A stretch of DNA of 64,000 nucleotides, from assembly GCA_947500005.1 (NCBI GenBank), contig CANMQJ010000004.1, positions 3,399 through 67,398 of the forward strand, in the 5' to 3' direction. This document shows positions 1-9,812 of this stretch, in pieces; within the stretch, counting starts at the first letter, position 1; each line of letters starts with the position of its first letter. A model generated the notes under the pieces. It was given only the letters and a program-made list of their open reading frames with translations, was not told the DNA's origin and made no database searches. The DNA is from an uncultured Rhodobacteraceae bacterium. GTDB taxonomy: Bacteria > Pseudomonadota > Alphaproteobacteria > Rhodobacterales > Rhodobacteraceae. Position numbers and translations under genes: made by a program.

Positions 1-99
1 CGCCAGCGGCACGCCGCGCGCCTCCAGCGCCTCGGCCACGGCGCTCAGCAGGCGGTCGGTCGCACCCCGGTCCGCCGTCATCACATAAGCAAGCTGCAT
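1..99 (-). CDS. partial CDS, first 33 codons only (MQLAYVMTADRGATDRLLSAVAEALEARGVPLA...), function not assignable
   Basis: ATG at 99-97 preceded by GGAGA; frame stays open to the window edge; too short to assign a family. Confidence 0.3.
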   Translation of the reverse strand, partial: MQLAYVMTADRGATDRLLSAVAEALEARGVPLA

Positions 100-137
100 C
101 GCAGTCTCCGTCTCGTCCTGACCGGAGATAGCATGGC

Positions 138-1031
138 TCAGACCGCCCCGCCACTCCCACGCCGCCGCCGTCCCGCCAGCAGCACCGGCAAAAGCTCGGC
201 CAACGCGCCCAGCACGATCAGGACCGCGCCCAGCGCCATCAGCGCGGTAAACGGCTCGTCGAGGAACAGCGCGCCCGAGATGATGCCCGCCAGGATCTCG
301 GCGGTCAGCAGGAAGGTCAGCACCGCGGGGGTCAGCCGGGTCGCGCTCCACATGGTCAGCATCAGGATCGGCAGGGCATAGACCGCCCCCGCCATGGCAC
401 CGCCCAGTGCCGCGGCGGGCAGCGGTCCCGCCTCCCCCACCGCCAATGCCTGGAGCAGACCGATCGCGGTGGCCGCCAGCGCCGTCACCGTGGCCAGCGG
501 TGCGGCGCGCGTGCCCGGCTCCAGAAAGATCAGCGCCGCGCCCCCGGCCCAGGCCATGCCCGAGATCACCGCCAGGACATCGCCCGGTCCGAATCCCTTC
601 AGCGAGACATCGCCGCCCAGCACCAGCACCGCACCCGACAGCGCAGCCACCAGCGCCAGCGTCGAACTCCAGCCCCAGCGCATCCCCAGGAAGCCCCATT
701 CGATCAGCTTGCTCCAGGCCGGCGCGAGGTAGAACAGCAGCACCACGCGCACCACCTCCCCCTCCGTCAGGGCGAGGGAATAACTGCTGACCGCCAGCCC
801 GACCAGGACCGCCCCGATCGCTGCGCGCGGCGCGATCCGCAAGCTCTGCCTGCGCAGCGTCACCCATGTCAGCGCCGCCAGCGCCGCGCCCGCGTTGATC
901 GTGACCCCTGTCATGGCACCCGGGACACCCTGCGCCTCCAGCCAGCGCACCGGCACCCACCACAAGCCCCAGAGCGCCGCCGCGAAAAAGGCAAGCAGAA
1001 CGGGGCGCAGTTCCGCCGCCGGACGCCTCAT
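138..1031 (-). CDS. DMT/EamA-family membrane transporter
   Basis: ORF 138..1142 trimmed to the internal Met (MRRPAAELRPVLLAFFAAALWGLWWVP...) because the neighbouring gene's stop is at 1033; about 10 hydrophobic helices in two EamA-like halves. Confidence 0.75.
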   Translation of the reverse strand: MRRPAAELRPVLLAFFAAALWGLWWVPVRWLEAQGVPGAMTGVTINAGAALAALTWVTLRRQSLRIAPRAAIGAVLVGLAVSSYSLALTEGEVVRVVLLFYLAPAWSKLIEWGFLGMRWGWSSTLALVAALSGAVLVLGGDVSLKGFGPGDVLAVISGMAWAGGAALIFLEPGTRAAPLATVTALAATAIGLLQALAVGEAGPLPAAALGGAMAGAVYALPILMLTMWSATRLTPAVLTFLLTAEILAGIISGALFLDEPFTALMALGAVLIVLGALAELLPVLLAGRRRRGSGGAV

Positions 1032-1032
1032 C

Positions 1033-3102
1033 TCACAGCCCCAGCGCCTGCCGCCGCTCCTCGGCAAAGCCTTGAACGATCCGGTCGGCGATGAAGGCCA
1101 GGATCGCCATCGCGGCCCCGGCCGAGATGCCCAGACCCACATCCGCCTGTCCCAGCGCCAGGTAGATCGACTGGCCCAGCCCCGTGGTGCCGATCAGCGC
1201 CGCGATCACCAGCATGGCAAAGGCGTAAAGGATGGTCTGGTTCAGCCCCAGAAGGATCGTGGGCGCCGCATAGGGCGCGCGCACGTCGCGCAGGATCTGC
1301 CAGTCGCTCGCCCCGCTCGAGACCGCCGCTTCCAGCAGGTCGTCGGGCGTGTTGACCAGCCCGTGCCGCGTGTAGCGGATCATCGGCACGACGGCATAGG
1401 CGCAGATCGCCAGGAAGGCCGAGAACTCGCCGATCTGGAACACCATCAGCACCGGGATGAGGAAGACGAAAAGCGGGATGGTCTGAAGCATGTCGCAGAT
1501 CGGCCGCACCACGCGCCAGACCACCGGCCAGACCGCGCTGGCCAGACCGACCGCCCCGCCCACCAGCGCGCAGGCAAACACCGCCGCACCGCTGAGGTAG
1601 AGCGACAGCAACGCCCGTTCCCACAGGCCCGAGAGGAGGATCGTCGCCAGCAGGCAGACCGCCAGCAAGCCCAGCCGTCGACCGCCCGCGACCCAACCCA
1701 GCGCCGCCACCCCCGTCAGCACGAAGGGCCAGGGCAGGTTGGAAATCCCCGTCTCCAGGATCCCCACCCCGATCACCAGCATGAGACCGGCGGTCACCCC
1801 GCCCTGCCATGCCAGCAGCAGACCCGCCGCGGCACCGCCGGCGAACAGCCACAGGCTCATCGCGGGGGTCCAGGCAAAGCCCCAGGTGAAGGGCAGCACC
1901 GCCTGGTCCAGCCCGATCCTGAGCGGCAGCAGCACATAGAACATCACCCCGTTCTTGAACGCGTCGAGCGCCGCGCCATTGCTTCGCGTGAAATCCGTAA
2001 GCCCCTGGTCCACCCGCTCTGCCACCGGGTCCAACAACGTGAGCGAGGCCGCATTCGGCAGGCTGGTCCAGAATAGCGCGGTGAAGGCCACGGCCACGAC
2101 CAGCACGACCAGCGACACGCGCAGGCTGTACCGCCGCGCCTCGGGCGCGGCCAGCGTGCCGCTCATCCGGTCGATCAGGATGGCAAAGATCACGATCACC
2201 ATGCCCGCCAGCAGGGATTGGCCGAACTGCGCCTTGCGCATGGTCAGCAGCACCTCCCATCCGATATCGTTGAACCCGCCGATCACGGCGGCGATGATGA
2301 CCATGCTCAGCGCCGCCATCAGGCACTGGTTCACCCCCACCATGATCTGGGTCGAGGCCGAGGGGATCTCGACCTGGAAAAGCTGCTGGAACCGCGTGCC
2401 GCCCGACATGATCGCGGCATCCTTGATCTCGGGCTCCACCCGCTCCAGCCCCAGCAGCACGTTGCGCGCCATCGGCGGCGCGGCATAGATGGCCGAGGCG
2501 ATCAGCCCCACCACCGGCCCGAAACCGAACAGCAGCAATAGCGGCGTGAGATAGGCAAAGGTCGGCACCGTCTGCATCACGTCGAGAACGGCCAGCAGCC
2601 ATCCCTTGATCCGCGGCACCTCGTTCGCCAGGATACCGATTCCCGCGCCAAGCAACAGCGCCAGCGGCACCGACACCGCCACCAGCGCCAGCGTGTTCAT
2701 CCCCTCCGACCAATAGCCCGAGGCCAGGACGAAACCGAGGCCGAGAAACCCCAGCGCGGCCATCGCCAGCCCGCCCAGGTACCAGCCCAGCGCCGTGACC
2801 ACCCCGATCAGGATCGGCCAGGGGGTCCCGTTGAGCACCGCGTTGGCCCAGTCCATCGGGTGGCGCATCAGGGACGCGAACATCCGCGCCGCGGGCTTGA
2901 TCGTCTCCAGCAGCCAGGTCAGCGCGACGCCGACCCATTCCGTCGCAGGCAGGACCCAGGCGGCAGGCCATTTCACCAGCCAGGGCGCCGTCCCTTCCAG
3001 CGCAAGGCAGGCCGCCCCAACCACAAGCGTGATCAGCGCAGCCTGAATCCCCGCCGTCAGGCGCGGCGCGGATGCGGGCAGCGTATCGGCCTGCGCGCTC
3101 AT
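1033..3102 (-). CDS. fused double-permease subunit of a glycine betaine/proline-type (ProW-like) ABC transporter
   Basis: 689 aa polytopic protein with two binding-protein-dependent permease modules; its start overlaps the ATPase stop by 4 nt (operon). Confidence 0.85.
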   Translation of the reverse strand: MSAQADTLPASAPRLTAGIQAALITLVVGAACLALEGTAPWLVKWPAAWVLPATEWVGVALTWLLETIKPAARMFASLMRHPMDWANAVLNGTPWPILIGVVTALGWYLGGLAMAALGFLGLGFVLASGYWSEGMNTLALVAVSVPLALLLGAGIGILANEVPRIKGWLLAVLDVMQTVPTFAYLTPLLLLFGFGPVVGLIASAIYAAPPMARNVLLGLERVEPEIKDAAIMSGGTRFQQLFQVEIPSASTQIMVGVNQCLMAALSMVIIAAVIGGFNDIGWEVLLTMRKAQFGQSLLAGMVIVIFAILIDRMSGTLAAPEARRYSLRVSLVVLVVAVAFTALFWTSLPNAASLTLLDPVAERVDQGLTDFTRSNGAALDAFKNGVMFYVLLPLRIGLDQAVLPFTWGFAWTPAMSLWLFAGGAAAGLLLAWQGGVTAGLMLVIGVGILETGISNLPWPFVLTGVAALGWVAGGRRLGLLAVCLLATILLSGLWERALLSLYLSGAAVFACALVGGAVGLASAVWPVVWRVVRPICDMLQTIPLFVFLIPVLMVFQIGEFSAFLAICAYAVVPMIRYTRHGLVNTPDDLLEAAVSSGASDWQILRDVRAPYAAPTILLGLNQTILYAFAMLVIAALIGTTGLGQSIYLALGQADVGLGISAGAAMAILAFIADRIVQGFAEERRQALGL

Positions 3103-4151
3103 GTCTCCTCCGCCTGAAGCGCCGCCGCCAGGTCCGAGGGGTGCACCGTGCCCACTACCGCGCCCGAGGCGTCGCGCACCGGCACCGGCTCGTAAAGCTT
3201 CATGCAGCGCGCCAGCGCGGCATCCAGCGTCATCGCCGTGGTCAGGCCCGGATCGTCCGGCCCGGCATCGCCCGCCCCCTCCTGCATGACCGAGGCGACC
3301 CTCGCATGGCGCCCCTTGGCCACGTCCTTGGAAAACTCGCGCACGTAATCATCCACCGGGCGCAGCACGATATCGGTGGGCGTGCCGATCTGCACGATCC
3401 GCCCGTCGCGCATGATCGCGATGCGGTCGGCCAGCTTCAGCGCCTCGGCGATGTCATGGGTGATGAAGACGATGGACTTGCGCAGGCTGTTCTGGATCCG
3501 CAGGAACTCGTCCTGCAATTGCCGCCGGATCAGCGGGTCCAGCGCCGAGAAGGGCTCGTCCAGGAACCAGATGTCGGGGTTGACGGCCAGGCTGCGCGCG
3601 ATGCCCACGCGCTGCCGCTGCCCGCCCGACAGTTGCCTTGGATAGCTGTCCTCGCGCCCCTCCAGCCCGACAAGCGAGATCACCTCCTGCGCCCGCGCGG
3701 CGCGCTCCTTGCGCCCCACCCCCTGCACGCGCAGCGGATAGGCCACGTTCTCGGCCACCGTCATGTGCGGGAACAGGCCGAAATGCTGGAACACCATGCC
3801 CAGCTTGCGCCGCCGCAGCTCGGTCAGGCGCTTGCGATCCGCGCCCACCACGTTCTCGCCCTCGATGCGTATCTCGCCCGCCGTGCCCGGCAAAAGCTGC
3901 GAGATGCAGCGCACCAGGGTCGACTTGCCCGAGCCCGAGAGCCCCATGATGACGAACAACTCGCCCTCGCGCACCTCGAAGCTCGCATCCTGGACCGCCG
4001 GGATGAACCCGTCCTTGCGCAGCAGCTCCGCCGCGCGCTCGGCATCCTGCCCCGACCGCGCCAGCGCGTCGGTCAGGGCTTTCTCCGCGCCGGTGCCGAA
4101 CACCTGCCAGAGGTTCTGGCAGGCGATCGCCGGTGTATCCGCACCTGTCAC
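3099..4151 (-). CDS. ABC transporter ATP-binding protein, ProV-like with C-terminal CBS-type region
   Basis: Walker A GLSGSGKST, signature LSGGQRQRVGIARSL, Walker B IWFLDEPFSALD; N-terminal motif typical of ProV/OpuAA. Confidence 0.9.
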   Translation of the reverse strand: MTGADTPAIACQNLWQVFGTGAEKALTDALARSGQDAERAAELLRKDGFIPAVQDASFEVREGELFVIMGLSGSGKSTLVRCISQLLPGTAGEIRIEGENVVGADRKRLTELRRRKLGMVFQHFGLFPHMTVAENVAYPLRVQGVGRKERAARAQEVISLVGLEGREDSYPRQLSGGQRQRVGIARSLAVNPDIWFLDEPFSALDPLIRRQLQDEFLRIQNSLRKSIVFITHDIAEALKLADRIAIMRDGRIVQIGTPTDIVLRPVDDYVREFSKDVAKGRHARVASVMQEGAGDAGPDDPGLTTAMTLDAALARCMKLYEPVPVRDASGAVVGTVHPSDLAAALQAEET

Positions 4152-4161
4152 CTGGACCGGC

Positions 4162-5112
4162 TCACTCGGTCGCGGCTTCCACGACCGGACGCCACTCCGA
4201 CTCGTTCTCGGCCATCCAGGTATCGACGACCTCCTCGACCGGCTTGCCGTCCACGTCCACCGCGCCCATCATCGGTTGCTGGTCCTCGACCGACAGCTCG
4301 TAATTCGACAGGATCTCGTAGGCGGCGGGCCATTTCTCCTCCATCCCGGCCCAGGCGGCCTTGAAGATGCGCGAGGGCGCGAAATCGCAATCGTTGATCG
4401 CGTTCGGGTTCGGCCCCCAGGCCGGATCGTTGAAGCATTCCTCGTTTCCGACCGGCAGATCGACGAATTTCACGTCATAGGCAGACATCGCCCAGTGCGG
4501 CTGCCAGAACGTCAGCAGCAGCGGCGACTTGCGGTCGGTCGAGGCGCGCAGCTCGGCGATCAGCGCCCCTTCCGAGCCTGCCGGAACCGCCTTGAAGGGC
4601 AGGTCCAGACCGGTCATCCGGTCCGCGCCCGGCGTGCCCCAGTCGGCCGGGTAATCGACCAACCGGCCCTGCGGGATCGTGTCGGCGGTGGCGAAGGTCT
4701 GCGCGCAGTCCTTCAGCGCCTCCCAGGCGGGCAGGCCGGGGCACATCTCCTCGACATGGGCGGGATAGGCGATGCCCTCCTTGGCATCGAGGCCCAGATC
4801 CCCGATCTCGACGACCGTGCCCTCGTCGATCTTCTTGGCGTATTCGTCGCTCACGTTGGACGACCAGATCTCCAGCGTCGCGTGAATGTCGCCATCGGCG
4901 ATTGCCTGGAACTGGTTCAGCATGCCGGCGGTGACATATTCGACCTCATAGCCGGCTGCCTTGAGCATCTCGCCCGCCACGCGGGTGGTGATGTGCTGGC
5001 CTGTCCATTCGTTGATCGCCAGTTTGATGGGGTCGTCCACGGCGCCCATCTCGGCGGCCATCGCCGATCCGGCAAGCGTCGCGGCGGCAAGGCCCAGCGT
5101 CAAAGTCTTCAT
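4162..5112 (-). CDS. periplasmic substrate-binding protein, ProX-like (glycine betaine family)
   Basis: Start moved to MKTLTLGLAAATLAGSAMAAE (signal peptide) with GGGAGA RBS; aromatic-rich binding-protein sequence; same operon as the ProV/ProW-like genes. Confidence 0.8.
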   Translation of the reverse strand: MKTLTLGLAAATLAGSAMAAEMGAVDDPIKLAINEWTGQHITTRVAGEMLKAAGYEVEYVTAGMLNQFQAIADGDIHATLEIWSSNVSDEYAKKIDEGTVVEIGDLGLDAKEGIAYPAHVEEMCPGLPAWEALKDCAQTFATADTIPQGRLVDYPADWGTPGADRMTGLDLPFKAVPAGSEGALIAELRASTDRKSPLLLTFWQPHWAMSAYDVKFVDLPVGNEECFNDPAWGPNPNAINDCDFAPSRIFKAAWAGMEEKWPAAYEILSNYELSVEDQQPMMGAVDVDGKPVEEVVDTWMAENESEWRPVVEAATE

Positions 5113-5384
5113 TCTCGGTCTCCCTGTTCTCATTGTCATGTGTCTCTGCGACAGGACGCAGGCTCCGGCCCATGCCCGGCCCCGCGAACCGCCCTGTCGC
5201 GGTTCGACGCGGTCGGCGCATGTCCGTATCGCGCACACCCGTCGCACCCGGATGCCGGGCCGATGATGCGGCCACTATCGGGCAGTTTCGTCCCGGTGTC
5301 ACCCGTTGCATTCGCCCTTCGCCCCCGCTTGGCAGGACCGCGCCCCCCCGCTAGTCTCGCCCCGATCCGAACCGGAGGACCATC

Positions 5385-5795
5385 ATGGAGATCACGAGCG
5401 CGGCGGCCCAGACGCTGCTGGACGAGAATTTCGCCGAATGGGTCCGTGCGCTGGACCTCACCGTGCAGGAGGCCGCGCCGGACCACGTCACCATCCGGAT
5501 GCCGCTTGCCCCGCACCTGGCGCGCGTCGGCGGAATCGTCTCGGGCCAGGCGCTCGCGGCCCTTGCCGACACGACGATGGTGATCGCAGCCGTTGCTCAT
5601 GCCGGAGAATTCCGCCCCTTCACCACCACCGACCTGCACACGCAGTTCCTGCGACCGGGGGTCGGCACCGCCATTCTCTGTCGGGCCGAGGTCGTCCGCG
5701 CCGGCAAGGCGCTGGTCTTTGCCCGGGCGGAAATGACGGTCGAGGACAGCGGCAAGACGGTCGCGACCGCCACGGCGACCTTCTACGCGCCCTGA
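5385..5795 (+). CDS. PaaI-family hotdog-fold thioesterase
   Basis: 136 aa; the GIVSGQALAALADTT ... TTDLHTQFLRP pattern is typical of PaaI/4HBT thioesterases; GGAGGA RBS. Confidence 0.75.
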   Translation: MEITSAAAQTLLDENFAEWVRALDLTVQEAAPDHVTIRMPLAPHLARVGGIVSGQALAALADTTMVIAAVAHAGEFRPFTTTDLHTQFLRPGVGTAILCRAEVVRAGKALVFARAEMTVEDSGKTVATATATFYAP

Positions 5796-5839
5796 GCCGC
5801 CAGATTTGACTTGCAGGCCCTGCCGCCGCAGCTACGGTT

Positions 5840-6526
5840 TTGTCCATGCGCCTGCTCCTTTGCCTTTTCTTCCTGCTGCTTGCCAGCTGCGGCCGTCCTC
5901 TGACCGAGGCCGAGCGCGCCTATGTCACGCGCATTCATGGCGCGGGACTGGATCTCGACCGCGTGCGCCTGGTCGATGGCGCGCCGGTCGGCGCCGTCAC
6001 CTTCAAGCGTGAACCGCGTCCGCGCGTCACCTGCCGCGAGCGCATCCTGCCCCCCGTCAAGGAAGAGATCGTCACCGTCAAACCCGCGGCTGTCGCGCTG
6101 TTCAACCGGATCTTCTTCTCCAGGGACTGGTATCTCGACGATTACATGGAGGAGTTCCCGCAGGCCATGAACCTGATCGCCGCGATGCTGCTGTCGCACG
6201 AACTCACCCATGTCTGGCAATGGCAGAACCGCAGGGTCACCGGATATCACCCGCTGCGTGCCGCCGCCGAGCACGGCGCCAGCTCCGATCCCTATCTCTT
6301 CGAACTCGACGAGCAGCCGCAATTCCTCTCCTACGGCTACGAACAGCAGGGCGCCATCGTCGAGGAATATGTCTGCTGCCGCGCCCTCGCACCCACGGCG
6401 CCGAGAACCCGCCGCCTGCATGACATGATCGGGGCCGTGATCCCCGTGACCGATCTGCCGCAAAGCCGCGAATCGGATGTCTACCTGCCCTGGGCCGAGG
6501 CCCGGATCGAGGGGATCTGCGACTAG
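5840..6526 (+). CDS. lipoprotein with HExxH motif (putative metallopeptidase-like), function unknown
   Basis: Lipobox LLLASC at the N-terminus; HELTH (HExxH) at about residue 130. Confidence 0.55.
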   Translation: MSMRLLLCLFFLLLASCGRPLTEAERAYVTRIHGAGLDLDRVRLVDGAPVGAVTFKREPRPRVTCRERILPPVKEEIVTVKPAAVALFNRIFFSRDWYLDDYMEEFPQAMNLIAAMLLSHELTHVWQWQNRRVTGYHPLRAAAEHGASSDPYLFELDEQPQFLSYGYEQQGAIVEEYVCCRALAPTAPRTRRLHDMIGAVIPVTDLPQSRESDVYLPWAEARIEGICD

Positions 6527-6530
6527 GCGC

Positions 6531-6935
6531 TCATTCCTCGGCCTGGATCGCTTCCAGATAGAACATCAGTGCGGCCAGCGGGCGGGGTGTGGGGGTCGGC
6601 ACGCCGTCGATATCGACCGGCACCGTTTCGGGATCCAGCATCATCGCGCCGAATTCCGGCATCACCTGGTCCGTCATTTCGCGATGTTCGTACCCGTCGA
6701 TGCGCGACAGCACCTCTGCCCGCGGAAAGACCCCGTCATTGCGGAGCGCGATCCGCGTCAGGTCCGGCGCGCTCTGCCCTCCGATCAGCTCGCCCCCCTC
6801 GCCACGATACCCGTGGCAGACGGCACAGTTGGCCACGTACAGGGCCTCGCCCTCCTGCGCTGTGGGCATGGCGTCCTGCATGTTGCAGGCCGCCAGAAGG
6901 CTGGCGCCGAGGATCGGAAACAGGCGCAGGTTCAT
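6531..6935 (-). CDS. c-type cytochrome (lipoprotein), paralog 1 of 3
   Basis: Lipobox LLAAC; haem motif CAVCHG; conserved distal MPEFG. Confidence 0.8.
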   Translation of the reverse strand: MNLRLFPILGASLLAACNMQDAMPTAQEGEALYVANCAVCHGYRGEGGELIGGQSAPDLTRIALRNDGVFPRAEVLSRIDGYEHREMTDQVMPEFGAMMLDPETVPVDIDGVPTPTPRPLAALMFYLEAIQAEE

Positions 6936-6966
6936 GGGTCAAATGTCCTTTCGACTCGCGGGGTCG

Positions 6967-7362
6967 TCACTGGTCCTGAATGGACAGCAGATAGCCCACC
7001 AGGTCAACGACCGGCTTCGAGGTCAGCACCGGCTGTCCCGAGGGGGTCTTCATCGACACCTCGGCCCCCTCTTCGAAGAAGGGTCCGTAAACCGGCATCG
7101 GACTGCCATGCGACACAAGCGGGTCGCGCCCGTCGATGCGCTTGATGACACGCTCGAACGGGAACTCGCCGCCCGCGGCCAGCGCAGTCAGGTCGGTGGG
7201 TTGAAGCGTCAGAACCGCCGCCATCGGACCGTTCCCCTTCCCCTCGGCCCCGTGACAGGTGGCACAATGCTGGAAATAGATCCGGCTGCCCTCTTCCGCG
7301 TCCTGGGCAAGGGCGGGGGCGGCCGTCAGGGCCAGAACAAGTATCGCGATCGGTCGCATCAT
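6967..7362 (-). CDS. c-type cytochrome (signal peptide), paralog 2 of 3
   Basis: Start set to MMRPIAILVLALTAAPALA after GGAGGA RBS; haem motif CATCHG; distal MPVYG. Confidence 0.8.
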   Translation of the reverse strand: MMRPIAILVLALTAAPALAQDAEEGSRIYFQHCATCHGAEGKGNGPMAAVLTLQPTDLTALAAGGEFPFERVIKRIDGRDPLVSHGSPMPVYGPFFEEGAEVSMKTPSGQPVLTSKPVVDLVGYLLSIQDQ

Positions 7363-7384
7363 GTCTTTCCTCCGGGTTTGCGCG

Positions 7385-7774
7385 TCAGTCATCCTGCAAC
7401 TGCGCCACGTAACGGGTCAACGCCACAAGTGTGGCGGGGGTTTCGATCAGCTGCCCTTCGGCCGTGGTCCAGGGCACCGTCGGCCCCGCCATCAGCGGGC
7501 CGAATTCCGGCATGGCGGTCGTGAATTCCTGGCCGCGATGGCCATATATCCGCGCCATCACCGCATCGGCGGGGAACACGCCCCCGTTCGCCGCCGCGAT
7601 CCCGCGCAGGTTGGCGGGCGGATGCGGCAACTTCGCGGCCTCGGGCCCATCGCCCGCCCCGTCGGTTCCATGGCACGACACGCAATGCGCATCGTAAAGC
7701 GCAGCGCCCGATTGCGGCACCTCGCCCATGCACCCTGCCACCCCCAACAAGGCCACGGCAATCGCGTATTTCAT
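7385..7774 (-). CDS. c-type cytochrome (lipoprotein), paralog 3 of 3
   Basis: MKYAIAVALLGVAGC lipobox (alternative ATG at 7789); haem motif CVSCHG; distal MPEFG. Confidence 0.8.
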   Translation of the reverse strand: MKYAIAVALLGVAGCMGEVPQSGAALYDAHCVSCHGTDGAGDGPEAAKLPHPPANLRGIAAANGGVFPADAVMARIYGHRGQEFTTAMPEFGPLMAGPTVPWTTAEGQLIETPATLVALTRYVAQLQDD

Positions 7775-7843
7775 TCGTCCCGCCCGCAAGTTGCCTCTCT
7801 CCGGCAGGCTCCCGCGCCGCGGGCGATGCCGCCATGATCCAGA

Positions 7844-8530
7844 TCAACCCTGCGGATTCAGCGCGCCGCCCTCCAGCCGCAGCACCCGGCTCATCCGGGC
7901 CGCCAGGTCCAGGTTGTGCGTGGCGATCAGCGCCGACAGCCCCTCGCCCGTCACCAGCTCCATCAGCACGTCGAAAAGCCGCTCCGCCGTCGCGGGGTCC
8001 AGGTTCCCCGTCGGCTCGTCCGCCAGCAGGATGCGCGGCCGGTTCGCCAGCGCCCGGCAGAAGGCCACCCGCTGCTGCTCGCCGCCCGACAGTGCAGCGG
8101 GACGGTGCTCGGCACGATCCTCCAGGCCCACGCGCGCCAGCAGGTCCCGCGCCCGCGCCTCCGCCTCGCGCTCGGACGTGCCATCGGCCAGCTGCGGCAG
8201 GGTGATGTTCTCCAGCGCGCTGAACTCGGGCAGCAGGTGGTGGAACTGGTAGACGAAACCCACCTCGCGCCGCCGCACCGCCGTGCGCGCGCGGTCGCCC
8301 TGCCCGCCCATCTCGCGCCCGCCGATCTCGACCGTGCCCGCATCGGGCACGTCCAGCAGCCCCGCCATGTGCAGAAGCGTCGATTTCCCCGCACCCGAGG
8401 GTGCCACCAACGCCACGATCTCGCCCGGCACCAGCGCCAGATCGACACCGCGCAGCACGCGCACCTCATTGGGCTTGCCCCGGTTGTAACTCTTCTCCAG
8501 CCCCGAAAGCCGCAGCACCGCCTCACTCAT
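7844..8530 (-). CDS. lolD: lipoprotein-releasing system ATP-binding protein LolD
   Basis: Walker A APSGAGKST, LSGGEQQRVAFCRAL, ILLADEPTGNLD; overlaps the stop of the upstream LolC/E-like permease by 8 nt. Confidence 0.85.
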   Translation of the reverse strand: MSEAVLRLSGLEKSYNRGKPNEVRVLRGVDLALVPGEIVALVAPSGAGKSTLLHMAGLLDVPDAGTVEIGGREMGGQGDRARTAVRRREVGFVYQFHHLLPEFSALENITLPQLADGTSEREAEARARDLLARVGLEDRAEHRPAALSGGEQQRVAFCRALANRPRILLADEPTGNLDPATAERLFDVLMELVTGEGLSALIATHNLDLAARMSRVLRLEGGALNPQG

Positions 8531-9812
8531 AACGCAACGCCTCCACCGGGTTCAGCCGCGCCGCGCGCCGCGCCGGAAACCAGGTCACCACGAAACTCAA
8601 TCCCAATGACAATCCCACCGCCTTGAGCACATCGGACAAATGCAACTCCGCCGGGAGTGCATAAATCCCGCGAATGGCCGGATCCCAGACTCCGCCGCCC
8701 ATCGCGTAATTCACGAATGAAAAGATCGGATCGATATAGATCGCGAAAAGGCACCCCAGCACCACGCCACAGGCGGTTCCGATGATCCCCGTGAACGCCC
8801 CGCAGATGAAGAACACCCGCAGCACCGACCCCTCGCTCAACCCGATGGTGCGCAGGATACCGATATCGCGCCCCTTGTTCTTCACCAGCATGATCAGCCC
8901 CGACACGATGTTCATCGACGCGATCAGCACCAGGATCGACAGGATGATGAACATCACGTTGTCCTCCACCTCCAGCGCGCGCAGGAAGCCCCCGCTCGCA
9001 TCCCGCCAGGTCCAGACGCGCGCCTCCTCGCCCGCCGCGCGCAGGATGGGCAGCACGTAGCGGTCCACCGCCTCGGGCTCCTCCACCATCACCTCCAGCT
9101 CGTCCGCCACGCCTTCGCGGTTGAAATAACTCTGCGCCTCGGCAAAGGGCAGATAGACCCGCGTGTTGTCGATGTCGTAGCGCCCGGCCGAAAAGACATG
9201 CACGACCTCATACGCGTTGACCCGCGGCGAGGTGCCAAAGGCCGTCTTGACCCCGTCGGGAGAGATCAGCCTGATCCGGTCCCCCACCGTGGCACCCAGC
9301 GCCCGCGCCACGCCCGAGCCGATGGAAACCCCGTCGTCAAAGCGGGCAAGATCGCCGTAGGAGCCCTCGCTCCCGGCGATCCCCGGCAGGCTGGCCAGGT
9401 CCTCGCCCCGGATGCCGAAGACCTGCACACCCGCGTTGGAGTTGCGATGCGCGGCCAGCACCTGCCCCTTGACCAGCGGCGCCACCCGCGTGACGCCCGG
9501 CACCTCGGCCACCCGCGCGGCCATGTCCGCGTAATCCGCGATGGTCCGGTCGATCTGCCCGGTCTCGGTGATCCGCCCCGCGCTGTAGACCGTCACATGC
9601 GCATTCGCGCCCAGGATCGTGCCCACGAATTCGGCGCGGAAACCCGAGCGCACCGCCAGCGTCGCGATCAGCGCGAACACCGCCAGCGTGATCCCGATGA
9701 GCGAGATCCAGGTCATCACGCTCACCCCGCCCTCGGCCCGGCGCGCGCGCAGATAGCGCCAGGCGATCTTCCATTCAAAGCCGGAAAAAGGTCTCGGTGA
9801 TGCTCTCGTCAT
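8523..9812 (-). CDS. lipoprotein-releasing system permease, LolC/E family
   Basis: Start trimmed to MTRASPRPFSGFEWKIAWRYLRARR; MacB/FtsX-type topology with a large periplasmic loop and C-terminal FtsX-like helices. Confidence 0.85.
   Translation of the reverse strand: MTRASPRPFSGFEWKIAWRYLRARRAEGGVSVMTWISLIGITLAVFALIATLAVRSGFRAEFVGTILGANAHVTVYSAGRITETGQIDRTIADYADMAARVAEVPGVTRVAPLVKGQVLAAHRNSNAGVQVFGIRGEDLASLPGIAGSEGSYGDLARFDDGVSIGSGVARALGATVGDRIRLISPDGVKTAFGTSPRVNAYEVVHVFSAGRYDIDNTRVYLPFAEAQSYFNREGVADELEVMVEEPEAVDRYVLPILRAAGEEARVWTWRDASGGFLRALEVEDNVMFIILSILVLIASMNIVSGLIMLVKNKGRDIGILRTIGLSEGSVLRVFFICGAFTGIIGTACGVVLGCLFAIYIDPIFSFVNYAMGGGVWDPAIRGIYALPAELHLSDVLKAVGLSLGLSFVVTWFPARRAARLNPVEALRYE

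Noticed and set aside
895-4364. Long plus-strand ORFs (895-2076, 3072-4364, 3763-5583) opposite the ProVWX-like genes. The same applies to 38858-40780, 40847-42469, 43368-44732, 60041-61648 and 62753-63730.
   Set aside because: They give Arg/Pro/Gly/His-rich translations with no motifs. Each lies opposite a gene that has clear family signatures, so these are GC-driven shadow ORFs.
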